This document shows positions 31,203 through 41,242 of a stretch of 64,000 nucleotides of DNA, in pieces. The DNA lies in contig CAMHKQ010000003.1 of the NCBI GenBank assembly GCA_946185745.1, positions 1,742-65,741 of the forward strand, in the 5' to 3' direction. Each line of letters starts with the position of its first letter. Position 1 is the first letter of the stretch. This DNA is from an uncultured Bacteroidales bacterium (GTDB lineage Bacteria; Bacteroidota; Bacteroidia; Bacteroidales; UBA932). The position numbers and the translations under genes were made by a program. The notes under the pieces are model-generated. The model ran no database searches. It was not told the origin of the DNA and worked only from the letters and a program-made list of their open reading frames with translations.

Positions 31203-32002
31203 CTGCCAAGAACAAGCACCAGGATACCGACCACGGCGCAATACAGGGCGAACCAGCTGAATTTGGCCTTGCGCACTATGGCAATCATGACCTTGCAGGC
31301 GAAGAGCCCCGAAGCGAAAGCAGCGAGGAAGCCGAGGATGAGCGGAAGCGCACCCAGGCCCATGGTGGCCTCACCCTGAAGGACGTCCACTATGGAAAGG
31401 AACTGCTCGCCGAGGATGGGAACCAGCACCATGAGGAAAGAGAACTGCGCCATGGAGTCTTTCTTGACGCCCGTTACAAGCCCCGTGGCGATGGTGGTGC
31501 CGCTGCGGGAAAGCCCGGGGGCTACAGCCAGGGCCTGGCCTATACCCACTACGAAGGCCTGCCACCACGAGATGCCGTTGCGGTGGTTTCCGGCCTTCTT
31601 TGGAGTATAGAGGGTGGCGAAAAGCAGCAGGGCCGCCGTCACCAGCAGGCAGATGCCCACGGTGGTGAGAGTCTCTCCGAAAAGGGCCTCGACCTTGTCT
31701 TTGAAGAAGAAGCCGACTATCGCCACCGGAATCATGGAGACGCAGAGCTTCAGGAAATAGTCGGTTTCGTCGTTGTACTTGAACTTGAATATCCCCTTGA
31801 TAATCTGCATGATAGCCGACCAGAACACGATGATGGTGCTGATCACGGTGGCGAGATGCACGGTTACCGTGAAATCGAGGAAATTGGAGGCGTCCACCCC
31901 CAGGAGTTCACGGGCAATCATGAGATGCCCGCTGCTGCTCACCGGCAGGAACTCCGTCAGGCCCTGCACCAGGCCCAGTATTATCGCTTGCCACCAGTTC
32001 AT
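31199..32002 (-). CDS. uppP: Undecaprenyl-diphosphatase (BacA)
   Basis: GLVQGLTEFLPVSSSGH, PGLSRSGTTI. Confidence 0.95.
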   Translation of the reverse strand: MNWWQAIILGLVQGLTEFLPVSSSGHLMIARELLGVDASNFLDFTVTVHLATVISTIIVFWSAIMQIIKGIFKFKYNDETDYFLKLCVSMIPVAIVGFFFKDKVEALFGETLTTVGICLLVTAALLLFATLYTPKKAGNHRNGISWWQAFVVGIGQALAVAPGLSRSGTTIATGLVTGVKKDSMAQFSFLMVLVPILGEQFLSIVDVLQGEATMGLGALPLILGFLAAFASGLFACKVMIAIVRKAKFSWFALYCAVVGILVLVLGR

Positions 32003-32247
32003 ACCTTTTTGTCTTTAGAGCATTTGCACGGCCCCATGATGCCGACTATTACAGTAATAATGCCTGCGACTATGACTATCGGGGCGGCCACGAGGCGTCT
32101 GAAGTCGAACATGCTCCAGTTGAAAACCTGCGGATCCTTCAGGCCTCCGCCCGCCAGCAGGATGAACCCTGCCGCCATCACCAATACGCCCGCGATAATG
32201 AGTTTCACGCCCTTCGGGGTGACCGCGAGCTTGTCTTTCTTGTCCAT
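31999..32247 (-). CDS. Small two-TM protein, DUF3098-like
   Basis: MDKKDKLAV...AGFILLAGG...VFNWSMFDFRRLVAAPI; ftsX-DUF3098-uppP order typical of Bacteroidetes. Confidence 0.7.
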   Translation of the reverse strand: MDKKDKLAVTPKGVKLIIAGVLVMAAGFILLAGGGLKDPQVFNWSMFDFRRLVAAPIVIVAGIITVIVGIMGPCKCSKDKKV

Positions 32248-32249
32248 AT

Positions 32250-33128
32250 CTAATAATAAAGTTGATCTTTGTCCATACCGGATAGCCGGTTCACGGCAAA
32301 AAACGTGCTCACCATGCAGATGCCCACGCCGCACACCAGGATGACGGCCCCCACGAGCAGCATCCCCTTCCATCCGAAGAGAGCCATTATTTCCGGGAAT
32401 TTCCTGAAGGCCAGATACCCTCCCGCCCCGAGGATGGCGACGGCAAGCAGCGACGCCACCACTCCCATGACCACCGCGGAGCGCATGAACGGCCTGCGGA
32501 TGAACGAGAGCGACGCCCCCACCAGCTGCATGGTGTGGATGGTGAAGCGGCGGGCGAAGATATTGAGCCGCACGGTGTTGCCTATGAGCACGTAGGAGAT
32601 GAAAACCAGCAGCGCGATGAGCACCCCGAGCACGATGGAGATTACCGACAGGTTGGAATTGAGGGCATCCACCAGCGAGGTGCGGCTTTCCACGCCGTCC
32701 ACCAGCGGAGAGGCCGAAAGGGCGGCCGTCACCATGCCGAGGCTGTCGGAATTGACATAGTCGGCCTTGAGGGTGATTTCCACCGAAAGGGGGATGGACG
32801 TGCTTTCGAACACCTCCAGGAAATCCTTGCCCAGGATGTCCTCAAGCTCCTTTTTGCCCTCCTCGCGCGTGACGAGGCGGGCCGATTTGACATACGGAAG
32901 GCTGCCTGCGGAGGCGGCGTATCCGGCTGCGGATTCCTCGCTCACCTCCTGCTTCAGGAGGACCTCCATCTGCATGTTTTCCTTGAAGTAGTTCGAGACG
33001 CTGCGGGAGTTGACCGCCAGGAAAGCGGCAATCCCCACAAGCACGAGAACGAGGGCGATGCTGAGGACGGAAGAAATCCACGCTCCCGCCAGCCTGTGCC
33101 TGATAATCTTGTTCCCGGTCTTTGCCAT
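32250..33128 (-). CDS. ftsX: Cell division permease FtsX
   Basis: LIGNTVRLNIFARRFTIHTMQLVGASLSFIRRPF; 4-TM layout. Confidence 0.88.
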   Translation of the reverse strand: MAKTGNKIIRHRLAGAWISSVLSIALVLVLVGIAAFLAVNSRSVSNYFKENMQMEVLLKQEVSEESAAGYAASAGSLPYVKSARLVTREEGKKELEDILGKDFLEVFESTSIPLSVEITLKADYVNSDSLGMVTAALSASPLVDGVESRTSLVDALNSNLSVISIVLGVLIALLVFISYVLIGNTVRLNIFARRFTIHTMQLVGASLSFIRRPFMRSAVVMGVVASLLAVAILGAGGYLAFRKFPEIMALFGWKGMLLVGAVILVCGVGICMVSTFFAVNRLSGMDKDQLYY

Positions 33129-33188
33129 AACGAGTTCCAAAGATACCAAAATTATTAAAATTCAAAAAAAATTCTTACCTTTGTTACA

Positions 33189-34007
33189 ATGAGTAATGGC
33201 GCACAGAAAGTCCTCTTCGTAAATTCCGAGATTTCCCCCTATCTTCCGGACAGCCAGGTGGCGGGCATTGGCCGCTATCTTCCCCAGGGAATCCAGGAAA
33301 GAAAGAAGGAAATCCGGGTCTTCATGCCGCGTTTCGGCTGCATCAACGAGCGCCGGAACCAGCTGCACGAAGTCATCCGGCTGTCGGGCATGAACATCAT
33401 CATCTCCGACGTGGACAGGCCGCTCGTAATCAAAGTGGCTTCGATCGCCGCTGCGCATATCCAGATCTACTTCATCGACAACGAAGACTATTTCCGTCGC
33501 AAGGCCGTCTATACCGACGCCGACGGCAAGTTCTTCCCGGACAACGACGAGCGTGCCATCTTCTTCGCTCGCGGAGTCATGGAAACCGCAAAGAAACTGC
33601 GCTGGGCCCCCGATGTCATCCATTGCAACGGGTGGTTCTCCCAGCTCGTTCCCGCATATCTCAAGAAAGCGTATAAGGGCGATCCCATCTTCGCCTCCGC
33701 GAAAGTGGTGCTCTCGCTGTACGGCGACACCCCTTCCGAGCCGTTCTGCAAAGACTTCGCAGGCAAGATTCCTTTCGGCGGGCTGAGCGGCAAAGACCTG
33801 CTGATTTCCAAGGCCCCCACTGGCATAGAACTTGCTAAAACGGCTATCAAGTATTCCGACGGCGTAATTCTCGGCTCACCCGACGTCAACGCGGAACTCA
33901 CGGCGTACGCCGAAGAGCTCGGGCTTCCGGTTCTTCCCTACAACGCCAAGAGCTTCGAAGACGGCTCCTACGTCGACGAATACAACGCTTTTTATGACAA
34001 GCTTTAA
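33189..34007 (+). CDS. Glycogen/starch-synthase-like protein, N-terminal GT5 domain only
   Basis: VLFVNSEISPY, RVFMPRFG, YFIDNEDYF, DNDERAIFFARGV, PDVIHCNGW; only 272 aa. Confidence 0.8.
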   Translation: MSNGAQKVLFVNSEISPYLPDSQVAGIGRYLPQGIQERKKEIRVFMPRFGCINERRNQLHEVIRLSGMNIIISDVDRPLVIKVASIAAAHIQIYFIDNEDYFRRKAVYTDADGKFFPDNDERAIFFARGVMETAKKLRWAPDVIHCNGWFSQLVPAYLKKAYKGDPIFASAKVVLSLYGDTPSEPFCKDFAGKIPFGGLSGKDLLISKAPTGIELAKTAIKYSDGVILGSPDVNAELTAYAEELGLPVLPYNAKSFEDGSYVDEYNAFYDKL

Positions 34008-34010
34008 ACA

Positions 34011-35639
34011 ATGAAATTTCCTGTTGTCGCGGCCGCACTCTGCCTGTGCATGGCCGCTTGCGTGAATATAGACGAGAATCTAGGCGGGAGCATGATCCCC
34101 GTCGGCAACACCTACAAGGTAGTCACCCCGCAGGCCATTCCCATCGGAGTCAGCCAGAAGATGGCGGACAGCCTTTCCGGCTTCTCCACCTCCCGCATCA
34201 CCATCGGTTCCATCCGCAAGGACGAGGAATTCGGCCTCACCACCCGCTCCAGCGTGGTCACGCTCATCCCTCTGTTCAGCTCCGACCACGACATGGGCAC
34301 CGGCCGCATCTTCAAGAGCATGCACTTCGCCACCGCCCTCGACTCCGTCTCGGTTGAAGACAGGAGCCAGATTAACATCCTCCAGGGCGTGAACGTCTAC
34401 GAGGTGCTCAAGACCGTCGACTATTCCAAGGATTTCGACTGCAACGGCGACATTCCCCACGGCACTGAAAGGATTTCCGACCGCATCCCCCACATCGGGG
34501 CGTCCGACTCCCTGTCCTTCGACTTCACCTCCAAGTTCGGCGAGAAGTACATGAACATGACCGACGCCGACCGCTCGAGCTACGACAGCTACGTGGCAAA
34601 GTTCCCCGGCATCTACCTCGAAACCTCCGAGCCCCTCGGAGAGGGCGGCAGGATCAACATCTTCAAGCTGCAGCTGGGCTACAGCAGCGATTCCGGCGGC
34701 ATCACCGGCAACTTCGCGCAGCTCAATTACTCGGCAGTCTACGACGGGGTGCGCAAAGACACCAGCGTCTTCTTCTACTACTCCGCAACCGGGTTCTACG
34801 ACCTCGACTCGCTGGCCAAGAACTCCGGCACCGGCAGTTTCCCGCAGTACTGCCTCAACCTCACGGGCCACGAATACCCGAAATCCCGCGGCCTCTCCGG
34901 CCCCGCGCATGAAGAAGTGCTGGTGGAAGGCGGCGGAGGCCTCAAGCCCGTGGTGAGCGCCCGCGAAATCCGCGAGTCCATCATTTCCGCGATAGCGGCC
35001 AACGGGGACGACCCGTCCAAGGCCATCATCAACCGCGCCACCCTCCACTTCAGTTTCGTGCAGGAAGATTTCGACAAGCTCTACAAGCTTCCCGAAGTGC
35101 TCAGCCCCACCTGCCGCATCAGGGGCGACTCCACGGTGAGCTTCATGGGCCTTACCGACAGCTCCGCCAGCGAAGAGAACCAGGGCGACAGGAACCTGTC
35201 CCTATACACCTTCACTCCCGACATAACCTACCACGCACAGAAGCTTGTGACCATGGACGCCGACGACGAAAGCCTGGTCAAGGGCAATTACGACATCTGG
35301 CTGCTCATCATGCACAACGACGTCACCCAGACCACCAGCAGCGGCAACTCCGAAATCAGCCAGTACTACCAGTACCTGGCCTACCAGAGCTACATGGGCA
35401 ACATGTACGGCGGTTACGGCTACGGCGGATACGGCTACGGCTACGGCAACAGCTACACCAACTATTACAACTACGCCATGCTGGCGCAGATGTACGGCCA
35501 GTCCACCACCTCCACCAGCACCAGCAGGAACCTCGACCGCGACCGCTACTACTACTGCCGCATTTACGGTCCGGATTGCCCCGACGAGCAGATGCGTCCC
35601 GTCCTGACATTTACGTACTCCGTCCCGAACGACAAATAA
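34011..35639 (+). CDS. Lipoprotein, DUF4270-like, with Tyr/Gly-rich low-complexity insert
   Basis: MAAC lipobox; follows the half-GT5 gene by 3 nt; VEGGGGLKP, AIINRATL; insert YGGYGYGGYGYGYG. Confidence 0.7.
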   Translation: MKFPVVAAALCLCMAACVNIDENLGGSMIPVGNTYKVVTPQAIPIGVSQKMADSLSGFSTSRITIGSIRKDEEFGLTTRSSVVTLIPLFSSDHDMGTGRIFKSMHFATALDSVSVEDRSQINILQGVNVYEVLKTVDYSKDFDCNGDIPHGTERISDRIPHIGASDSLSFDFTSKFGEKYMNMTDADRSSYDSYVAKFPGIYLETSEPLGEGGRINIFKLQLGYSSDSGGITGNFAQLNYSAVYDGVRKDTSVFFYYSATGFYDLDSLAKNSGTGSFPQYCLNLTGHEYPKSRGLSGPAHEEVLVEGGGGLKPVVSAREIRESIISAIAANGDDPSKAIINRATLHFSFVQEDFDKLYKLPEVLSPTCRIRGDSTVSFMGLTDSSASEENQGDRNLSLYTFTPDITYHAQKLVTMDADDESLVKGNYDIWLLIMHNDVTQTTSSGNSEISQYYQYLAYQSYMGNMYGGYGYGGYGYGYGNSYTNYYNYAMLAQMYGQSTTSTSTSRNLDRDRYYYCRIYGPDCPDEQMRPVLTFTYSVPNDK

Positions 35640-35643
35640 TACC

Positions 35644-36669
35644 ATGAAAAAAATACTGTTCACCGTGCTTGCGATCGCAGCGGTCGCATGTGCATCCGAA
35701 AAGAAGACGACCCTGAGCGGAACCGCACCCGAAGGTGTCGAAAAGGTCTCCGTAAAGGTGCCCGACCTGGGTATCGACACTCTCGTCGCCGTTAACAACG
35801 GCAGTTTCTCCATAGACCTTCCCTTTGACAAGACCGCATCCGGAATCGTTTCGATGGCAAGGAATCGCACCCAGTTCGTGCTCGACGGCACCGCCCTCAC
35901 CCTTCAGGAAGACGGCGAGGCCCTCATCGCAAAATCTTCCAAGCCCGCAATCAGCGTCACCGAACGCATGAACGAGTTCGTGCTCTGGAGCCGCGACTTC
36001 ATGAAGCGTTACGAAGAGGCTGAAGACGAAGACGGCGACGCCCTCATGGACGAATACACCGCCAAGCTCGAAGAATGCGCGAAGGCCAACACCGACAACG
36101 CATTCGGAATCATGTGCGTCCAGAGCCTCCAGGGCATGGTTGAACCCGCGGAACTCCGCGAAGTCATCGCCGCCCTCGCTCCCGAGCTCCAGAAGAAGGA
36201 GAGCATCGCAAACATGGTCAAGAGCATGGACGCCAAGGAAGCCACCGCTCCCGGCAAGATGTTCACCGACTTCGAGATTCCCCAGCCCGACGGCACCGTG
36301 AAGAAGCTCTCCGACTACGTAGGCAAGGGCAAGTACATCCTCGCCGACTTCTGGGCCAGCTGGTGCGGCCCCTGCAGGAGGGAGATCCCCAACATCAAGA
36401 AGGTTTACGACAAGTTCCACGGCCCGAAGTTCGACGTGGTGTCCATCGCCGTATGGGACAAGCTCGCCGACACCCGGAGGGCCATCGAAGTCGAAGGCCT
36501 CAAATGGAACCAGATTCTCGACGCGCAGAAGGTCCCGACCGACGCCTACGGCATAGTCGGCATCCCCGAACTCATCCTCTTCGCCCCTGACGGAACCATC
36601 CTCAAGAGAGGCGAGGAACTGCGCGGAGAAAACATGGAACCAGCCATCGCCGAGTACCTCAGGAAGTAA
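35644..36669 (+). CDS. TlpA/AhpC-TSA thiol-disulfide oxidoreductase lipoprotein
   Basis: AVAC lipobox; DFWASWCGPCRREIP thioredoxin motif. Confidence 0.88.
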   Translation: MKKILFTVLAIAAVACASEKKTTLSGTAPEGVEKVSVKVPDLGIDTLVAVNNGSFSIDLPFDKTASGIVSMARNRTQFVLDGTALTLQEDGEALIAKSSKPAISVTERMNEFVLWSRDFMKRYEEAEDEDGDALMDEYTAKLEECAKANTDNAFGIMCVQSLQGMVEPAELREVIAALAPELQKKESIANMVKSMDAKEATAPGKMFTDFEIPQPDGTVKKLSDYVGKGKYILADFWASWCGPCRREIPNIKKVYDKFHGPKFDVVSIAVWDKLADTRRAIEVEGLKWNQILDAQKVPTDAYGIVGIPELILFAPDGTILKRGEELRGENMEPAIAEYLRK

Positions 36670-38478
36670 TTGAAGGTCAGCGAAAAAATACGACTTTTAC
36701 CGCATTCCCCCGGAGTCTACCGCTATTATGACTCCGAGGGAACGGTCATTTATGTGGGCAAGGCCAAGGACCTCCACAAGCGGGTGGCGCAGTATTTCGT
36801 CGACCCTTCCAGGCTGAACACCAAGACCCGCCTGCTGGTAAGCAGGATAGCGGACGTGCAGTACAGCGTGGTCGATTCCGAATCCGACGCCCTGCTGCTC
36901 GAAAACAACCTTATAAAGCAGTACAAGCCCCGCTACAACATCCTCCTGAAAGACAGCAAGACCTACCCGTGGATATGCATCACCGACGAGCCCTACCCCA
37001 GGGTGTTCCTGACCCGCAGGCTCGAGAAGAACGGTTCGCGCTATTACGGCCCGTACAGCACAGTGATGCACGCCAGGGGGCTGCTGGATTTCTTCTACTC
37101 CAATTATCCCCTTCGCAGCTGCAAGTACAGGATAGATTCGGACGCCATCCTCCGGAAGAAGATCCGCCCCTGCCTCGACCTCCAGCTGGGACGCTGCCGA
37201 GGCGCCTGCACCGGAGCGGTAAGCATCGAAGAGTACGGCGAGTGGATCGCCGAAATCGAATCGCTGCTGAAAGGCGGAGTCGGAGACATTGTCAGGAGCT
37301 ACGAGGCCCGCATGAAGCAGGCGTCCGACGCCCTCGACTTCGAGAGCGCGCAATACTATAAGGAAAAGGCGGAACGGCTTCAGAAGCACTACTCCCGCAG
37401 CATCATCACTGCCGCCAGGGGCACCGACGCCGACGTGTTCTCGCTCGTCTTCGACGGGGCCGACGCCTTCGGCAATTTCCTGCGCATCCGCGGCGGCGCC
37501 ATCATCCAGAGCCTCAACCTCGGCTTCAAGAGCCGCATAGAAGAGGAGAAGGCAGCGGTGCTGAGCACTTTCATCGGCGAGATCGAGAGCAAGTTCGGAA
37601 CCCTTTCGCGAGAGATAATAGTTCCCTTCCTGCCGGACGTGCAGATGCCGGAGGTGAAGTTCACGGTGCCGGTGAAGGGCGACAAGATGGCGCTGCTGGA
37701 ACTGAGCGCCAAGAACGCCCGCGAATATCATTTCAACACCCTCAAGCAGCGGGAGCACACCGACCCGGACGCCTTCCACCGCAGCGTCCTGGAGGAACTC
37801 CGCAAGGCCCTGGCGATGGACGTCCTCCCCGAACACATGGAATGCTTCGACAACTCCAACATACAGGGCACCAATCCGGTAGCTTCGTGCGTGGTGTTCA
37901 GGGGCGGCGTGCCGTCCAAGAAGGATTACCGCAAATTCAAGATCAAGACCGTCGTGGGCGCCAACGACTACGCCTCCATGAAGGAAGTGGTGAACCGCCG
38001 CTACTCGCGCATGATGGAGGAGAATCCGGAAGACCTGCCGCAGTTGGTGGTGATAGACGGCGGCAAAGGCCAGCTGGAATTCGCATGGCAGGCCCTCTGC
38101 GAACTCGGGATTCAGGATTCGCTCACAGTCGTCGGCCTCGCCAAAAGGCAGGAGGAGGTAATTCGCGTAAGGGATCCCTATCCCCTCTTCCTCGACCGCA
38201 ACTCGCAGGCTCTCAAACTGTTGCAACAGATCCGCGACGAAGCGCACCGCTTCGGCATCACCTTCCACCGTTCGCTCCGCGACAAGGCGTCCATAAAATC
38301 GGCGCTCGACGACATCCCCGGCATAGGCCCCAAGACGGCCGAACGCCTCCTCCTGCATTACGGCTCGGTTGCGCGCATCGCCGCCGCAAATCCCGAAGAA
38401 TTGGCTAACTTTGCAGGCCAGAAACTTGCCGGCAGGATACTGCGGGCACTCAACCCAGGCTTATTCGACAATGACTGA
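36670..38478 (+). CDS. uvrC: Excinuclease ABC subunit C
   Basis: PGVYRY..IYVGKAKDL (GIY-YIG), ECFDNSN, IDGGKGQL, IRDEAHRF, HhH IPGIGPKTA; TTG start. Confidence 0.96.
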   Translation: MKVSEKIRLLPHSPGVYRYYDSEGTVIYVGKAKDLHKRVAQYFVDPSRLNTKTRLLVSRIADVQYSVVDSESDALLLENNLIKQYKPRYNILLKDSKTYPWICITDEPYPRVFLTRRLEKNGSRYYGPYSTVMHARGLLDFFYSNYPLRSCKYRIDSDAILRKKIRPCLDLQLGRCRGACTGAVSIEEYGEWIAEIESLLKGGVGDIVRSYEARMKQASDALDFESAQYYKEKAERLQKHYSRSIITAARGTDADVFSLVFDGADAFGNFLRIRGGAIIQSLNLGFKSRIEEEKAAVLSTFIGEIESKFGTLSREIIVPFLPDVQMPEVKFTVPVKGDKMALLELSAKNAREYHFNTLKQREHTDPDAFHRSVLEELRKALAMDVLPEHMECFDNSNIQGTNPVASCVVFRGGVPSKKDYRKFKIKTVVGANDYASMKEVVNRRYSRMMEENPEDLPQLVVIDGGKGQLEFAWQALCELGIQDSLTVVGLAKRQEEVIRVRDPYPLFLDRNSQALKLLQQIRDEAHRFGITFHRSLRDKASIKSALDDIPGIGPKTAERLLLHYGSVARIAAANPEELANFAGQKLAGRILRALNPGLFDND

Positions 38479-39292
38479 CGAAAAGACATTCAACAAATGG
38501 TTCAACGTCTTCCTGGTAGTGGGAATGACGGTCTGCCTCACCATAGCGTGCATCCATAACCTCACCGAAAACTCGGGTGGGACCGGACTCACTTCGCAGC
38601 CATGGTTCATCATCCTCACTTCAGTGGGCGCCCTCATGGGAGTTATCAGCACCATCCTGGCCGCCAATGCCAACATACTAACTTTCGTATTCGGCCTCAT
38701 AGACGTGATCATCTTCTCGTTCACGCTCTTCGACCAGAGGATATACATGCTGCTGGCCCTTCATGTGGGGTACTTCATTCCCATGGAATTCATAGGATTC
38801 TACCAGTGGAAGAAACGCGGAGGCTCCGCCAGCGACTCCACCCTCAGGACCCGCAGGCTCAAGGGGGTGCAGTGGCTCTGGACGGCCCTGCTGTTCGCGG
38901 GCGTCTTCGGCGTGGTGATGCTGCTGCGCTGGTCGCTCGATTCGGGGGCGCTGGCCACACTCACCGGCTGGGACTGGCTTCTCAGCGCCGCCCAGGAGGT
39001 GAACTTCAAGGATATGGCCCTGGACTGCACCATGACCACCGCCAACATCGTGGCGCTCGTGCTGATGGCGCTGGCGTTCACGGACCAGTGGTACCTGTGG
39101 ATACTGGTGAACATCAGTTCCATCATCGCCTTCTCCTCCAAGCTTTCGGCCGGAGGCCCTGAATCAAGCTATACGATTGCACAGCTCCTCAAATACATAT
39201 TCTATCTGCTCAACAGCATCAACGCACTGCGCATATGGCTTAAACTGAGCAGGCAATCCGGGCAGTCTCAGGAACCTGCCGATGCGGTGTAA
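38471..39292 (+). CDS. PnuC-family vitamin (nicotinamide riboside/thiamine-like) transporter
   Basis: Multi-TM; IGFYQWKK and DQWYLWILVN PnuC motifs. Confidence 0.75.
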   Translation: MTDEKTFNKWFNVFLVVGMTVCLTIACIHNLTENSGGTGLTSQPWFIILTSVGALMGVISTILAANANILTFVFGLIDVIIFSFTLFDQRIYMLLALHVGYFIPMEFIGFYQWKKRGGSASDSTLRTRRLKGVQWLWTALLFAGVFGVVMLLRWSLDSGALATLTGWDWLLSAAQEVNFKDMALDCTMTTANIVALVLMALAFTDQWYLWILVNISSIIAFSSKLSAGGPESSYTIAQLLKYIFYLLNSINALRIWLKLSRQSGQSQEPADAV

Positions 39293-39374
39293 CCGCATTG
39301 TTTGGAGAAATTAATTATTTTTTGTTACTTTGCGGAACCTGTTGACTAGAACGTACTACAAAATCTAAATTATT

Positions 39375-39629
39375 ATGGAATACGAAGAGATCGTAAACAA
39401 AGTGAAGGCCATCATCGTCGACAAGCTCGGCGTTGAGCCCTCCGAGGTAACCGAAACCGCCAATTTCACCAATGATCTTGGCGCTGATTCCCTGGATACC
39501 GTCGAGCTTCTCATGGAGTTCGAGAAGGTGTTCGGAGTTAAGATTCCCGATGAAGAAACCAGCGGCATCGCAACCGTAAAGGACGCCATCGACAAGGTCG
39601 CCGAAAAGCTCGGCACCCCGGTAGCATAA
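39375..39629 (+). CDS. acpP: Acyl carrier protein
   Basis: [17 protein letters not shown] phosphopantetheine site. Confidence 0.97.
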   Translation: MEYEEIVNKVKAIIVDKLGVEPSEVTETANFTNDLGADSLDTVELLMEFEKVFGVKIPDEETSGIATVKDAIDKVAEKLGTPVA

Positions 39630-39657
39630 ATCCTTTACAATAAAAACGCTATCAAAA

Positions 39658-39689
39658 GAAGACGGTCGGTATTTTTACCGGCCGTCTTC
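39658..39689 (+). terminator. Intrinsic terminator after acpP
   Basis: GAAGACGGTCGGTA / TACCGGCCGTCTTC stem. Confidence 0.7.
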
Positions 39690-39703
39690 AATTTTGTGCA
39701 AAC

Positions 39704-39737
39704 AAAAAAGATGACCGGCAGTTCTGCCGGTCATCTT
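39704..39737 (-). terminator. Intrinsic terminator directly after rpsC
   Basis: AAGATGACCGGCAG / CTGCCGGTCATCTT stem followed by a U-tract on - strand, 20 nt after the rpsC stop. Confidence 0.8.
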
Positions 39738-39756
39738 CGTATCGGATTGCTCCGGA

Positions 39757-40536
39757 CTAGTTGTCTGAGCGCTCGCTGTCACGGCGGGGCCTGCGGTCGC
39801 CACCACGACGGTCACCGTCGCGACGGGGCCTGCGGTCGCTACGGCCGGTGCCGCGGTTCGCGCCTGCAGCCTGTGCATTGGCGGCAGCGTAGGCAGCGGG
39901 AGAAAGATCCTGCTTGCCGTACTTCTCGCCGTTGCAGATCCAGACCTTGATGCCCATGGCACCCATCTGGGTACGGGCCACTGCGAGAGCGTAGTCGATG
40001 TCGGCGCGGAAGGTGTGGAGCGGGGTCCTGCCTTCCTTGAACATCTCGCTGCGAGCGATTTCAGCACCGCCTACACGGCCGCTGATCTGCACCTTGATGC
40101 CCTCGGCGCCTACACGCATGGTGTTGGCGATCGCCATCTTGATGGCGCGGCGGTAAGACACGCGGCCTTCAATCTGACGGGCGATGCTGTCAGCTACGAT
40201 GTGGGCGTCAACCTCGGGACGACGGACCTCGTAGATGTTCACCTGCACGTCCTTGCCGGTAACCTTCTTGAGCTCTTCCTTGAGCTTGTCGACCTCGGTG
40301 CCGCCCTTGCCGATGATGAAACCGGGACGGGCCGCATAGATGGTGACGGTTATGAGCTTGAGGGTGCGTTCGATGACGATCCTGCTGAGGCCGGCCTTTG
40401 CGAGACGGCTGTTCAGATACTTGCGGATCTTGAAGTCTTCCGCAATCTTTTCGGCGTAGTTGCCACCTGCCCAGTTGGAGTCCCAGCCGCGGGTGATGCC
40501 GATTCTGTTGCTGATAGGATTAGTTTTCTGTCCCAT
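39757..40536 (-). CDS. rpsC: 30S ribosomal protein S3
   Basis: [32 protein letters not shown]; Arg/Asp-rich tail. Confidence 0.98.
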   Translation of the reverse strand: MGQKTNPISNRIGITRGWDSNWAGGNYAEKIAEDFKIRKYLNSRLAKAGLSRIVIERTLKLITVTIYAARPGFIIGKGGTEVDKLKEELKKVTGKDVQVNIYEVRRPEVDAHIVADSIARQIEGRVSYRRAIKMAIANTMRVGAEGIKVQISGRVGGAEIARSEMFKEGRTPLHTFRADIDYALAVARTQMGAMGIKVWICNGEKYGKQDLSPAAYAAANAQAAGANRGTGRSDRRPRRDGDRRGGDRRPRRDSERSDN

Positions 40537-40538
40537 GA

Positions 40539-40958
40539 TTATTTAGCCTCCTCCTGTGCGGGTTTAACATCGAGTACGACGGTCACGTGGTTGGAACGCT
40601 TGCGGATGCGGCCGGCCCTGCCCTGCGGCATGGGGCGGATGCGCTTGATGGTGCGTCCTTCACCTACCATTATAGTCTTTACATATACGTTGCCGTTGTC
40701 GAGCTCCTTCGCGCTCTCGGGATTCTTGGCCTCCCAGTTGGCGATGGCGCTGCGGAGAAGTTTCTCGAGCTTGATGCTGGGCTCGCGCTTGCTGAAGTGC
40801 AGGATATCGAGGGCCTTGTTGACCTCGACGCCCCTGACGGTGTCGGCTACGAGACGCATCTTGCGGGGAGAAGTGGGAACTTCATTCAGTTTGGCGATTG
40901 CCGTGGTCTTCCTGGCTTCCTTGAAGCGTTCGGCCATAAGTCTTTTTCTCTGTCCCAT
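40539..40958 (-). CDS. rplV: 50S ribosomal protein L22
   Basis: [30 protein letters not shown]. Confidence 0.97.
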   Translation of the reverse strand: MGQRKRLMAERFKEARKTTAIAKLNEVPTSPRKMRLVADTVRGVEVNKALDILHFSKREPSIKLEKLLRSAIANWEAKNPESAKELDNGNVYVKTIMVGEGRTIKRIRPMPQGRAGRIRKRSNHVTVVLDVKPAQEEAK

Positions 40959-40960
40959 GG

Positions 40961-41233
40961 TTACTTCTTGTTATTGCCGGAATGTCCTCTGAAAGTGCGG
41001 GTCGGCGCAAACTCGCCGAGCTTGTGACCGACCATCTGCTCGGTTACATAAACAGGAATGAACTTGTTCCCGTTGTGAACCGCGACAGTATGGCCGATGA
41101 AGTCAGGTGAAATCATGCTGGAACGGCTCCAGGTCTTGACCACCTCTTTCTTCTTGCCACCTTCATTCATGGCAAGAATCCTCTTTTCCAGGGCTTCCTG
41201 GATGTATGGTCCTTTTTTAAGTGAACGACTCAT
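40961..41233 (-). CDS. rpsS: 30S ribosomal protein S19
   Basis: [20 protein letters not shown]. Confidence 0.98.
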   Translation of the reverse strand: MSRSLKKGPYIQEALEKRILAMNEGGKKKEVVKTWSRSSMISPDFIGHTVAVHNGNKFIPVYVTEQMVGHKLGEFAPTRTFRGHSGNNKK

Positions 41234-41242
41234 AATTCCTGT

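Noticed and set aside
38400-38480. Riboswitch upstream of the PnuC-family gene
   Set aside because: The gene overlaps the uvrC stop, so there is no leader, and no TPP or NAD motif is visible
27166-40536. Extensions on L5 (N-terminal) and S3 (RD-rich C-terminal tail); also L17
   Set aside because: Low-complexity r-protein extensions are common in Bacteroidetes
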